Part shown: positions 50,526 through 63,159 of the stretch, in pieces
How positions within the stretch are numbered: the stretch's first letter is position 1
Layout: every line of letters begins with the position of its first letter
Assembly (NCBI RefSeq): GCF_018977255.1
Contig: NW_024704743.1
Location: forward strand, 4,528,001 to 4,592,000
Source: Callorhinchus milii
Taxonomy: Eukaryota
Direction of reading: 5' to 3'
Length of the DNA stretch: 64,000 nucleotides
Notes under the pieces: model-generated
What the model was told of the DNA's origin: nothing
Databases searched by the model: none
What the model saw: only the letters and a program-made list of their open reading frames with translations
Translations under genes and position numbers: made by a program

Positions 50526-51246
50526 GAGTGGAGCTAAACTTATTTAAAACGAATTCAGAAAACATTCGTTCACTGTACTTCACGTTCGATGTGCTGCCAC
50601 AGAAAACCATAATGCATACTCTCCCCCTCCGTGTCACCCCTCTCTATCTGTCTTCAAATCCTGCCTAAACACATATACCTCTTCAACCATGTCTACGGGC
50701 ACCTCCTCTTTCTGTTACGAGGCTGAAAAAATACAGGTGATGGAAACCGTTTTTAATGTGCGCAGATGGGTTTCGGTGCCCGGAATTAAAGATTTATAAT
50801 CTAGTTATTTGGCTATTTAATACAGCATTAAAAAGGCACTGCGGGGTTTTTTAAGCAATCAACGTTTATCAACAGAGGCTCGGTCACTCGGTCCGGTCAA
50901 TGAATGTTCAGCCCAGATGGCAGTGACATGGTCGAAATCAATCTTTTAAGTATAAGGTGAACAGGTGTTTGGAGCCGTTAATATTAATTGAATGCTTGTG
51001 CTGGGCAAAACGGCAAATGGGCAATAATGGCCACTCTTGCAGATGGCTTCCTAACTAAACACAGACTAGAAACAATAAAAGGAGTTGGATCGAAACAAAT
51101 ACATCGGTTGCGTGTGTTCAAACTTCTGTTGCGAAGTAAATGATGCCCGAAGTATGATGATACAAGCGAAAGGCAGGCAATTCGTATAGAGAATCGTGGG
51201 TCGTTACAGCAGTGAAGCGAGCTATTTTGACTCATCAAATCTGTGC

Positions 51247-51253
<7 letters not shown>

Positions 51254-51314
<61 letters not shown>
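51254..51314. repeat. (CT)n microsatellite
   Basis: Direct inspection. Confidence 0.9.
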
Positions 51315-51760
51315 GCATGGTGAGCTCCCTAATCTACTCCCACTCTCCTGCTCGTTCCCCCCTCCCACAACCACCCCATTATTCGGGTTTAAAAGAATTT
51401 ACGGACTCGGACTGTCCCTTAAATCTGTGCTCTGACCAACTCAAGCTCCCCACCACCTCGCCTGCTTCTGCAACCACCTCCTCTCCCCTCAGGCCCCTGA
51501 GACCCTAATCCACACATTCATCACGCTTTCTGGACAAGTGCTTCTGCTCTTCGCGAACTGCTGACTATCCAGAACTCTGCAGCTCGCGTCCTCTCCCGTG
51601 CTTTGCTCCGTCACCCGCACTTAGCCCGGCTCCACTGAACCGCCAGAGGATCGGTTTCAGGATCTTTCTCCTGACGTTTAAATCCCTTCCCTTGGTCTTG
51701 CCCCACCCAACCGCGGTGACATCCTCAAACCCTAACCTACCCGCCCGCTCCCTCCGCTCC
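51315..51760 (+). mobile_element. Degenerate L2 ORF2 fragments
   Basis: tccagaactctgcagctcgcgtcctctcccg, ctccactg, cccgctccctccgctc. Confidence 0.65.
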
Positions 51761-52004
51761 GTTCAAGTGACTGAACCGGGGAAGGAGAGGAAGAGATGGT
51801 GAGAGTGCTGCCTGCGTTCCTTCAGTTGCAGGTTTTTGAAGAATGTGTCGGCAGCAGATACTTCAACCCGCTGTCTCGCCCCGTGTGCCAAATGCTGTCA
51901 GCGCTCAGATCCCACTTCAGGAGCTGTTGTGCCTCCCGGCAGCGAATCTCGAGCGGCTATCTTCACTTGCTCAGGATCGCTCGCACGAGAGAAGTTAAGC
52001 ACTG

Positions 52005-52130
52005 ATAACGATTAGCCGTCCTCGCGTTCGACACAGTGGCCTCGTCGCGTCCTTCGAGTCGTCTCAAAGCGCTTCGCGGAATAGGCCGTCGAGTGAGTTG
52101 ACCGAGTGTTTTGTGGGCGAAGCGGGAGAG
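52005..52130 (-). mobile_element. SINE tail, strongly GC-shifted
   Basis: Aligns to the SINE tail with mostly A/T-to-G/C changes. Confidence 0.75.
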
Positions 52131-52779
52131 AAAGAAATGAGTGGGAACAAAAGGATTGCTGCAGATGCAAGCTGTGTTGTGTGTGCCATCTGGGGCCTTG
52201 CTTTGTGTGCAATTAAACTCGCATTAGTCTGTGATTCTTTACAGATACTTAACGTTTGATTGTTACATGTAGGGGTTAGATATCCTGGCCAGATATCCTC
52301 CTCCAACGTGGGCGAATGCGGCAGCTCGTTTTTCACAGAGCTATGTCCCACACACGGCCACAAAGTAAACGGTGAATTTTATGTGGGTCGGGATCCCGGG
52401 AGAAACTCCCTTCTCCTTTCGGGTCGCGTTGTGGGATCTTTAACGTCCGGATAAACGGGCAGATGGTGCCTCGGTTTAACGTTTCAACCAAAGGCTAACA
52501 GCCTGGTGTGTCGGCCTGTCACCTTAACCTGTCAGTTCGAAGTCCCCGAAGTGCGGTTTGAACCCACGGCCTTCTGCCTCGGAGCCGGGCTGACACTTGT
52601 GAGGATAGTGGATAGTGAGTACCAGAGGACGATTTGGGGAGTGGGGGCCAGGGGGAGGGAGGAGGGGAAAGTAGGGGGTTGTTAGAGCAACTCTGATCCT
52701 TTTCTCATCAACATCCACGTGGGCATTTCAGCAGCGGATGCTGGACAGCAAGATCACGCAGCTTTTTGTTTATTATAAC

Positions 52780-53200
52780 AGATTTGGATATAACGCTACC
52801 TCGTGTTGCTGAGAGGTCTCAAAATGCCTCACAGAATATTGCTGTAAAGTGTAGTGACCGTACTGTATTTTTGTGGAAACATGCGGGAGCCAATTTGTGC
52901 TCATTTCTATCTGGGGGGGGGGGGGGCTGTTGGCTAGGACACTGGGAGAGAGAAACTCCTTTGACTTTTCGAATCATGCCACGAGACCTTTAACATCCCA
53001 GGCAGACGGGATCTCGGTTTCACGTCTTCTATGAATGCCGGTGCCTTATAAAATACAGCATTCCCCCCCTCCCGCGCCCCCCCAGCACTACACTGGAGGG
53101 ATTCCAGAAGGCTCTGTGGGTAACAAGTCTTGAGATCGGGGACTTGAACCCACAACCTTCTGACTCAAAGGCGAGAGTGCTACCAACAGAGCCAGGCTGT
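52780..53200 (-). mobile_element. DeuSINE-like element, near full length (a second copy lies at about 52270-52590)
   Basis: gggacttgaacccacaaccttctgactcaaaggcgagagtgctacc head, Deu body, tail. Confidence 0.8.
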
Positions 53201-53607
53201 CAATCTCCCTTTAGCTTGAAACCATGGAAGGAAAACAGTGTGTCAAAGCACAACCAGGTTTCTATCGATCCTTAAGGCTGGGACACAACAGTAGTCCATT
53301 TGACTACCCAATACCAACTCACACGGTGCATCAGTGTTGCAGTATTTCTTCAAATTGAGATCGTTGCTTACAGGTTTGCTCACACCGTGACTAATGGGAG
53401 CCTTATCTCCTGCCTCCGCCAATTTGATGCCACGGCACCAGTAGCTGGTGCGGGAGGAGGAACCGTTTCTCAACCAAACAGCACGCCTGAACAACAGCTG
53501 TTCGTAATTGTCGAGGTCAAGATGCCTTGCATTTCGAGGCTTGCTTGCGCTTTCATGTAAAAAGCTTCGACCTGCAGCCACGAGCCCTGCAGTTAACGGA
53601 AAGGGAC

Positions 53608-53842
53608 AAAAACAGAAGTCGCCGGGAACGCTCAGCGGGTCAGGCAGCATCTCCGGAGAAAGGAAAGTGAGTCAACATTCCGGGTCCACGACCCTTTGTC
53701 GGAACAACGGACCCAAAAAGCCGTGGGCCCGAACTGTTGACTCACTTTCCTTTCTCCATAGATGCTGCCTGACCTGCTGAGTGTTCCCAGCGAACTTCTG
53801 TCTTGGTTTCAGATTTCCGGCATCTGCAGTATTTTGCGTTTT
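53608..53842. mobile_element. Palindromic Penelope-type short element with a 16-bp imperfect TSD
   Basis: Inverted arms spanning 53608-53804; flanks GTTAACGGAAAGGGAC (53592-53607) and GTTAACAGAAAGGAAC (53843-53858). Confidence 0.75.
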
Positions 53843-55896
53843 GTTAACAGAAAGGAACTGGGGCGGTTTGCTGTGCAAAGGCTGGTCGCTAAACTCAGGA
53901 GGTTATGTCGAAAGTTGAACAGAATCAGCTGCTATCATCTGCCTTTGATTTACTGCAGTTAGAAAATTTAGAGGGTCATTGACTGCTCAACTGTTCCAGA
54001 TTTTAAAAAGCGGTGGGCGATTTTCGGTTGTTTTTTTTTTGTTTTGTCGGCGTTCTTGCCAAATCCGTTGCCAGAATTAGGGAAGAAAATAACCACTGAA
54101 AGTCCGGTCACTATTCTTTCGCAAACAGCTTAGCTGGGCTGCGAGGCGAAAATACGAAAGGCCTTCTCTTGACTCAGAAGACAGTCGTGTTAAAATATTC
54201 ACTTTAACAATTGACGCCAGGGATGTGTGGCAGGATTGTTTTTCTTACTGATGCCACCACCTACCCTCGAAAACGTGCACCTGTCTTACCTCCGGCTGAG
54301 CAGGATAGGAAAACGGACGTCCACACGCTAATGGGACCCTTTGCGCAAGAGCATCCTTCATTCCGACTTGATTTGAGCCAAAAGGAAAGGAATTTAATGA
54401 AACGGCCAGCGAAGGTTTGTAACCTGTAATTGCTTATTATTCCTTCTCTCTGTGCAATACTCTTCCAGCTTTAAGTGAGTAGAAGCAGCCCAGAGGAAGG
54501 CAACGAGCCAGTTTTAAAGCGAACGAACTATAATAAATGACTAGATAAGCTGAGTCTCTTCAGCCCTGAAAAGCGGTGTCTCGGAAGGGAATTTATCAAA
54601 ATATAGGGAGATCTGTTGGTATGCTTCCCCTGGTGGAGCGCAGATTTGCTAGGAGTGCAGGTATGTGAACCTGGGCTAACCAGAATCCAGGGGGCATTCC
54701 ACGGCATCTGGGACCAACTGGCCGGCTTCCTCAATGCTGTCCTGACTTCCAGGTCGGTGAGTCACTGCTCAGATTGCTTGCTGGATATCACGCTCTGTGC
54801 AGCTAATGTCACAAATGTGCTACCAACTGAGCCTTTGCCAGACATGTCACCTAGCCGTCAAGGAGAACCCGCTTACCTACCCCCACACACACCCCCTTCC
54901 CCCCCCCACCCCCACCAAGGATGGGTGGTGGGGTTTGGTATGTTGGAGGGATGATATCAGATGGAACCTTCTTCATCCAAACCCATCTTACGATCAGATA
55001 TTCAACGCTCCCACCAACAACTCGTCTTTTCTCCACAGCAATAAAACGTCAGTAGTTTATTAATCCTGCTCCTGCTGCTTCTGAAGCCGGCGTTGTTTGT
55101 GCAGTGACACATTCCATCGTGGGCAGGTTTTAAATTCTATCGCTATCGCACTGCAGTTCTAAAAGAAAAAAAGCAATCACGATGCTGGAGATCAGAGCGC
55201 AACGTTAATATCAAAACCATCTCCAGATGGAAAAATTAAGCAGTCCTACTGGACTTCCAACTTTTCTAACTTACCAAAATGACTGAAATTGGCAGGCAAC
55301 TTTATTTTTTTTTAAAAAACACATTCTAATGGACTGGGTGACGCACAGAATCCTGTCTGTCAGACCAGCACTGGATGAAAGTCATCAGCCTTAGAGCAAA
55401 ACTTGGTAATGGGCACAGATATGAGCTTTTGAAGAATATTGATTTCCCAGTGGACGTGGTTTTAGATCATGTGGCACTTTATTCAGTACTGTCACTTTGA
55501 CTGCAGTCTGGAAGCTCCTGTCATCTGATAACTGCACTCAAAGGTGTATTCAGAGCCCACTTTTCATTCCGTCTTGGAATTGACTAACAGAGCAAAATAT
55601 GGATGATGAGCATTACTTTGTTACACTTGCGCTGGAGATGATGGAACATTCTGGTCATTCTCTTACTTCATGAGTGTTTGTTTGACATTGCTGTCTGTAA
55701 ATTGGCTGCCACAACTGCCTGGAAAATGCACCGCAACTACAGTAAATCCTGCGAACCTCTGACTCGAAGGGTGGTGTATGAACTGCAAGGATCGTTGTTT
55801 TATTTTAATAATCTCACAAAGGTAGATTGGGGTTAAGGTTCATTACTGAAGGTATTGAGGCAATGCACTTAGCTCTCACCACTACAGTACACTAGT

Positions 55897-56218
55897 GGGA
55901 GTTCTGTAGCTCAGTGGTTAGAGCACTCGCTTTGCAAGTGAGAGACCTGAGTTCAATTCCAGGCAGAGGGCGAAACCTTGGGCAAGTCTCCTTACTCCAC
56001 ACAGAGCCTAATAATAATCCCTCCAAAACCAAAAACAATAATAAATTGGTCATTTTCAATCACGACTGTTTGTGGGACATTGCTGTGCGCAATTGGCTGC
56101 CGCGTTCGCCCACAAATATACAGTCAATTCACTTTACAGTGTGTTCTGTGAAGCGCTTTGGGACGTCCTCCCGACGTGAAAAGCGCTATATCAAATGCAA
56201 GGATTATTATTATTATTA
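55897..56218 (+). mobile_element. Full-length young tRNA-Ala SINE (L2-identical tail)
   Basis: Nearly identical to the reverse complement of 7128-7446. Confidence 0.93.
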
Positions 56219-56229
56219 CAACTTGATTG

Positions 56230-56553
56230 TAATGCTTTATCACGTCACTGAGATGTCGCAAAGCGCTTTGCAGAATATATTGCGAAGTGAATTGATTTTG
56301 TGGGCGAAACGCGACAACCAATTGCAGTGTCCCACAAACAGCCGTGGATTGAGTGATCAATTTTTTGGAGGGATTTTTACCTTTGGAAAGCGATCCACCA
56401 ATCGACTAACAACCAGGTTCCTACTTACTGCTAGGTAAACAGAGGCGTGCGGACTAAGGAAACTTGCCTAAGATTTCGCCCTGCCCGAGGATCGAACCCA
56501 GGTCCTCTCGCTTGCGAGGCGAGTGAGCTAACTACTACACTACAGGACCCCAC
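56230..56553 (-). mobile_element. tRNA-SINE long subfamily, tail-to-tail with 55897-56218
   Basis: Body ttcctacttactgctaggtaaacagaggc and head ctctcgcttgcgaggcgagtg. Confidence 0.88.
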
Positions 56554-56904
56554 AGTAGTACAGAATCTAAAATTTTGAATTCAGAATACAATGCCATGAT
56601 TAAAAAAACATTCAGCGGGTACGCCCATTTCTTGATCTCATTCAGTGATCGGTTATTGAACATCAGTACGCAGATGTTTTCATGGAAGATTTCTAGACAG
56701 GACTTTCTAATCTACCACAATCCAGTACACTTAACAGAGAGTCAATCATAATCCTTTTCCTTACAAATTGTTATGGATGTCATCTATTAATTTTGTTCAA
56801 TTCCTGTGTGTTTTTTTTCCAAGTAGTTTTTGGTTAGGCAATTATCATTTAGCGCTGACCGATGGTGAACTGCACAGAGAAATAAATATTTGTGTAAATA
56901 ACCG

Positions 56905-57150
56905 GCAGTCAGGCCTTCAGCTCTCTGCCCCCACTCTTTGGAACTCCATCCCACGGCCCCTTCGCCTCGCCCCCTCCTTTGCCTCCTTCAAGGCACGTCT
57001 CAATACCCTCCTTTTCGACCGTGACTTCGGTCACCCTCCTACCTGTACCCTCCCTGCCCCCCGACCCCCAACTCGGGTCCAAATCCCTTGCCTGTCCAGC
57101 GCCTTGGGATGTCCTCCCGACGTGAAAGACGCTATACAAATGTAATTGTG
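56905..57150 (+). mobile_element. L2 3' end
   Basis: LSAPTLWNSIPRPLRLAPSFASFKARLNTLLFDRDFG; ggatgtcctcccgacgtgaaa. Confidence 0.9.
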
Positions 57151-57911
57151 GATGTTGTAAACCAGATCTGCTGTGTATTCAAGCAGGGAAAAGAGATTGA
57201 GACAACAATAATGCTGAAGTTTGATATAGCACCTTATCATGTCATTGAGATGTCTCAAACCGCTTCACAGAATTTTATTGTAACGTGGATTGAAATGACA
57301 GTGTATTTTGTTGATGATATAATGCTGCTGTGATAGCGGGGGCGGGCGGGGTGGGGGGGGGGGCGGTGGGGGCAGTGGTGGAAGAACGATACTTTGGAAG
57401 GCCAATGAGCTTTCATCTCAATAGAAACTTAAGACCTACTTAAACCGTGCTTATAATCACCGCCCCCTTTCCCTTTGCTCTCCCGGGTGAAGGGCGCTAA
57501 ATAAATACAAATTGCTTGTTGTTGTACGGTATTAAGTAGGACCATGCTTTGAGTTTAAGGTGGTAGTGATGTAACTGTGTTGCAGAAGCCAATTGTGCCA
57601 CATTGATTGCTTGCATGTCTCTTGCAACAAAATCTTAATAATTCCATTTTGACCTTGATGCTTATCACGGGCATTCCTGCATATCATTTGATATCCATCC
57701 ATAATATTTAACGTTCTGAAATGGCAACATGAGATTTGATCTCCTCATGCATTATTCTGAGAAACCGTCACAAGTTTTATGGGTCGAAGATTGGAATGTT
57801 CCTCTCCACTGGTTTGTAAAGTTCATTTCTTTTAAATCACTTTCTCTCTGTCTTAAAATCTGGAAAGGTTTGCGTTGCTTTGTCAATCTGTTGTTGCCTA
57901 GGAGTACTTAA

Positions 57912-58275
57912 ACAACAACAACTTGGACTTACATAGCGCCCTACACCCAGGGTAGCGTCTCAGAGCGCTTAACAGTGGCGGAGCCCGACTCCGAACCTGG
58001 GGAGAGGGGGGAGGTGGCCGTAAGCACGGTGGAAGAGGAAAGTTTTCAGGCGGGACTTGAAAGAGGGGAGAAAGGGAGCAAGGCGGAGGGATTGAGGGAG
58101 AGTTTTCCAGAGCTTTGGGGCGTAGTGGCTGAAAGCACGATCTCCGATGGTGGGGCGGAGGGTTCGAGGGACGAGCAGGAGGCCGGTGCCAGTCGAGCAG
58201 AGGTGCCGGGTGGTGAATTGGGGAGTGACGAGGCCGGAGGGGTTAGGGAGGTGCCAGGGGGTGAATGGATTTGAA
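57912..58275 (-). mobile_element. L2 3' fragment, second lineage
   Basis: PTIGDRAFSHYAPKLWKTLPQSLRLAPFLPSFKSRLKTFLF; distinct tail gcgctctgagacgctaccctgggtgtagggcgct. Confidence 0.85.
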
Positions 58276-58479
58276 CACATCTTTGCTACCGTGGCTTATG
58301 CATTGACTACAATCATCTGATATTGACCGTATATTTTCAATCAAAGTGGAGAGATATATCACTACTGGATTTCATGAATTGGTCATGAAATTGAGGATTA
58401 TTGCTGATTGTTACTCATTTTTAATTGGTACATATAACTGCTACGAGATTGTAATCTGCGCCCTCATCTTCGACGGGCC

Positions 58480-59115
58480 AAAGATGACTATATTTATATC
58501 GTCTTTATTTTTTGGTCGGTCGATTATCCGACGTGTACGGAAACCCATCGCAGTGCTTAAGAGTATCAAAATGAGATTGAGAGTTCCATATATGCATATC
58601 ACCTGCACTTGGAAATTTCCCCTTGTCTGGAAAGAAATGCGCACTCTCTCTCGGAAGGCATGCATCCTGTTTACTTAATTCCAGAGATTCTCAGGCATGA
58701 GGCTTGGGGACCCGAGGGGGTATGTTGGGATACTACTGGAGTTCAACCAGCTAACACTGTTATTGAAAGCCTTGTCTGACAAGCTTCCTGCCGCTTGTCC
58801 AGCTAGTACAATAATGTGAAGAAGATTTCAGTAATGTTTTAATCACCTTATATACGTTGTGTGATCAATGATGACCTTAAACAGCCAACATTTTCCATGC
58901 CATTAACATTCCATAGATTTTATTTTACTCAGCCGGATGTCTGACACACGTGGAAACCCGTCACCGTTGCTTAAGAGTAACCAAACCAAGCTGAGAATTC
59001 CGCTTATCCCATCTACACATGGAAATCCCGGAGATAGGTTGTTGGAATGGTTTGCGTACTCTCTCCCTGGAGGGATGCCTCCTGCTTACCTAATTCTGGA
59101 GAGTATTGGCACAGG
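58480..59115 (+). repeat. Two copies of the unclassified repeat (58480-58700 and 58930-59115)
   Basis: See 15170-15475. Confidence 0.72.
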
Positions 59116-59183
59116 TTGAAAGCACTGCTCTGGCAACTTTGATTTATGGGACCTTGCTGTGTACAAACTGGCTACCGATAAGA

Positions 59184-59448
59184 TAATAATCATAATAATA
59201 ATCCTTGCATTTGATATAGCGCTTTTCACGTCGGGAGGACGTCCCAAAGCGCTTCACAGAATATAGTGTAAGGTGACTTGACTGTATATTTGTGGGCGAA
59301 CGCGGCAGCCAATTGCGCACAGCAATGTCCCACAAACGGTCGTGGATTGAAAATGACCAATTTATTATTGTTTTTGGTTTTGGAGGGATTATTATTAGGC
59401 TCTGTGTGGAGTAAGGAAACTTGCCCAAGGTTTCGCCCTCTGCCTGGA
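59184..59448 (-). mobile_element. 5'-truncated young SINE (L2-identical tail)
   Basis: Diagnostic ttattaggctctgtgtggag and cgtcgggaggacgtccc. Confidence 0.9.
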
Positions 59449-59824
59449 AATGCCTGGATACCATTAAGTGGCAAGTTCCTTCTCTCTTAATTGTATTTTC
59501 CCCCAATATCAGGAACTGTTTGTCTCCCACATTAAAAGCAACTTTGAATGACTGCCATGAATTTTCTGTTTGTTGCGAACAGATTCCAATCCTGTCCTGT
59601 GGTCTTTATGAATATTACTGAGAGGGAGTTTCTTCCTCCCTAAAGAGTTGCAAAAACAGAATGAGACAAGTTCCTGGAAATTAAAAGGAATCAGGGTTTA
59701 TTAGGTGATGGAGAAATGTGTTGGAAGAAATCTCTTGAGATGCCGTAATGATAGGCCGGATGGACCAGTGGCTTAAGTCTGCCTCAAATTGTTATTTACC
59801 ATGTTTTCTCAATTTCCTTTCTTT

Positions 59825-60200
59825 GGTGTCCTGTAGCTCAGTGGTTAGAGCACTCGCCTCGCAAGCTGGAGGACCTGAGTTAGATTCCCGGGCAGGGCGA
59901 AACTTTGGTCAAGTTTCCTTACTCCACACGCCTCTGTTTACCTAGGAGTAAGTAGGAACCCGGCTGTCAGGCGATTCGGGGATCCCTTTTTCCAGAGGGT
60001 AATAATAGAAAAAAAAATAATAATTTAGTCACTCAATCCACGACTGTTTGTGGGACTCTACTGTCAGCAATTGGCTGCCACGTTTCACCCACAAAATGCA
60101 CAGCCAATTTCACTTTACAGTAGATTCCGTGAAGGGTTTCGAGACGCCTCGAAGACGTGATAAGGCGCTGTATCAAATGCGAGGATTATTATTATTATTA
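59825..60200 (+). mobile_element. Full-length tRNA-SINE, long subfamily
   Basis: Head, body, tail. Confidence 0.9.
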
Positions 60201-60429
60201 CTTCAGTCTGCACAACTCTCACGGCTGTTGCTCAGCACTTGTCAATGTGAGTAGCAGCCCAGCCTGCCGCAGCCTGCTTTAATCAAGCTCCTCATGATTG
60301 ACCTCCACGGAGGACATTGCACCAAACAACGAGAAGCAGCCAGCACAGAGCACCTCAGCTTCAGTCAGTGGGGGATGGGGAATGAACTGCTAGTTATTGT
60401 TATCTATTCTAACTCTGGCTCCAGGGACT

Positions 60430-60745
60430 TCGGCATTAACCTTTCAGGTCGGGAGGACGTCTTAGAAAGTGCTTGACACCGTTGGCTGGGCACGCGAGCT
60501 GGAAGCGGTGGTCGAGAGGGGAGATCAGGAGGGAAAGATGATCAGAAGCGCGGTCAATGAGGTATATTTGGGTTGGAATCAGAGGGACTTTGAGTTGGGT
60601 TGGAGTTTCAGCAAACAGGACAGAATGGCTGAAAGCCTGCCCGCAGATAGGATCCTCGTACTCCCATCTGCTGGTGGATGAGGAGCCAGTGGAGCTGAGC
60701 GAGCGAGCGAGGGAGGGAGCGAGGATGGAGGTGCGTACCTGCACT
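60430..60745 (-). mobile_element. Degenerate L2 3' fragment
   Basis: gtcgggaggacgtc tail; PICGQAFSHS translation. Confidence 0.65.
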
Positions 60746-60889
60746 CCCAAAGGTAGAAGATGCTATGATGATCCTTTTCAAAATTGGAGGAGTGGCAGGT
60801 GATGTTCTTTGGAAAATCAATCCTACATTGATTGGTGGGATCCAGAGACACAAGGCAGTGACAAAAATCATCAGACTTCAATGTCCATA

Positions 60890-61300
60890 AGAATTTAGGG
60901 CCATATTAAAATGATGTCAATTCTCCTAGCTCCTCCACGGTTCTTAATTTCTCCCCATTAAGAAAATATTCTGCTTTATCTTTTTGTGGTCCATGACCTC
61001 ACATTTCCTTACATTGAACTCCATCTGCCACAGCTTTGCTCACTCACTTTATCTGCCTCCTCGCTTAGTGTCATCTGCAAACTTGGATATAAAACTTTCC
61101 AGTCCTTCATTCAAGTCATTCATATATATATATGGCGAAGAGCTGGGGTCCCAGTACAGACCCCGGGCGATATCACTTGTCACGTCCCGCCAATCAGAGA
61201 ACATTCCCTTTATCCCTACTCGCTGTTTCCTGCCTCCCAACCAATTACCAAGCCACGTCACAAGGTTACCTCTGACTCCATGCTCTTCCATTTTGGCTAA
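60890..61300 (-). mobile_element. CR1 RT fragment
   Basis: HGVRGNLVTWLGNWLGGRKQRVGIKGMFSDWRDVTS...IYMNDLNEGLESFISKFADDTK. Confidence 0.92.
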
Positions 61301-62352
61301 CGGGTTCTACTTGTGAATGGTGGGGGAGGGGGTAGTGGTTTGGGTCTTTGATGAATCCTTGGTTGGTGAGGATCTCCTCCACAGAAGGGACACAGGAAGC
61401 AGATCAAAAATCATAATACATCGTAGCTTGTCTGGCATTTCTTAGCAATTGGGAGGAATCTCAACTGTACCTGAAGAAGTCTTGTTTATATATTATCTCT
61501 TCCATTTCTGCTCCCCTGACAAGGTTTGCTATAACACAAGCAGAATGCATCATCATCAAGCAAGGTGGTCCAGATTACAACTGCAGTAATGCTTGTGTTT
61601 TGTGGATCTGGAGGAGTGTTTTCTGCCGATTGTAGCATGGATTGTTTCATGGATCCAGTAACCCAATTGATTTGCTGTAATCATAATAATTCCAACAGTC
61701 CTTGCATTTGATGTGGAACAATAGAAATCTACACCACAGAAGAAGACCATTGAGCCCATCGTGTATGTCTTGACTATTTATGTAGTCTTTATATAGCACG
61801 TTTCCTCTCGGGAGGACGTCTCAATGTGCTTCACGGGGTGTCTTGTGAAGTGCAGTGACTGTGAATTCTGTAGAAGAAACTGTGCTGAGAAATCGTCAAA
61901 CACATTAGTCATTCATTCTCTGCAGAGAGCTCCTGCTTGCTGCTTCCATCATGTTGAGGTGGTGAATTCATCTGAAGTGGGAGTCTGTTAGGTGCCTGTA
62001 ATTTGAGCTCACATCAGTTTGTTGGTGTTGAAACATGACAGGTGTGTCCACACCCTTCCTTCTTTGGCACAGTTGCACTTAGTATGTGGTGTGGTGCATT
62101 GCCCCATCCTCCAGAACACAGCCAGGGCCCATATTAACCCATCAAGCAGCAGCTTTGTGAGCTGGAGATGTGTGGCTATCACCACTTATTGCCCAGCAAC
62201 TTTCCTGCCTACCAACCAAAGTAGTCCCAGATATAAGAGTGTGCAATGAAATGCAATGCTTCAGCCTCAGAATTTCCTTGTTAGTCTTCTGACAGAAACT
62301 TTTTTTCTTATCTGTTCTTGCTGTGTTTCTAACATGAACATTTGGGACTTTG

Positions 62353-62718
62353 TAATAATAATATTCCTTGTATTTTGTTATAGCGCCTTATCACGTCTTC
62401 GAGACATCTCAATGCCCTTCACAGAATATACTGCAAAGGGAATTGACTATATTTTGCGGGCGAAACGCAGTAGACAATTGCGCACAGCAGTGTCCCTCAA
62501 ACAATCCTGGATTGAGTGATCAATCTTTCTCTTTGAGGGATTATTATCCCCAGAAAAGCGATCTGCCAATCGATTAGCAACCGGGTTCCTACTTACTGCT
62601 GGGTAAACAGAAGTGTGTGGAGTAAGGAAACTCGCCCAACGTTTCGCCCTGCCAAGAATCGAACCCAGGTCCTCTCGCTTGCGAGGCGAGTGCTCTAACC
62701 ACTGAGCTACAGGACTCC
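62353..62718 (-). mobile_element. Full-length tRNA-Ala SINE, long subfamily
   Basis: Head TGGAGTCCTGTAGCTCAGTGGTTAGAGCACTCGCCTCGCAAGCGAG, body, tail. Confidence 0.92.
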
Positions 62719-63028
62719 ATAGCTGTAAAAAAACAGTTGCTCCACGATTGCATCAAGCAGGACGTTGTACTGGCACAGGACTGATGGGCCACCTGAGATG
62801 CTATTTAGTTTCATGCAACTCCAATTGGCAGGCGTACAAACAAGCAGACTTCCCCCCCACCCCCATCCCCCCCCCACCTCTCTCCAAATAATCTATGGAG
62901 CGACACAATTTCATATATTTTCACGGTCTGTTTAAGATTGGTAATGACCACTTCCGGTAATGTATAAATTGCCAAATTTTCGTAACTGCCTAGCAGCACA
63001 TTTGCTCAAATGTTACCAAATTGCTTAC

Positions 63029-63146
63029 CTGGCACTTTTCTCTGCAATGGGATTTCTGTTTCCCCCGTTGAGCAAATTTGCCAGCAGGCTAGGATTCCAA
63101 CAGCTGCTCCTCCTGTCCATCTGTAATAATTTTTTTTCTTAAAAAC
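63029..63146 (-). other. Candidate 118-nt exon, minus strand
   Basis: Acceptor ctacctatcttttgcag, donor CAG|gtaagc; frames VFKKKNYYRWTGG... or MDRRSSCWNPSLLANLLNGG... are open to the donor. Confidence 0.28.
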
Positions 63147-63159
63147 CTGCAAAAGATAG

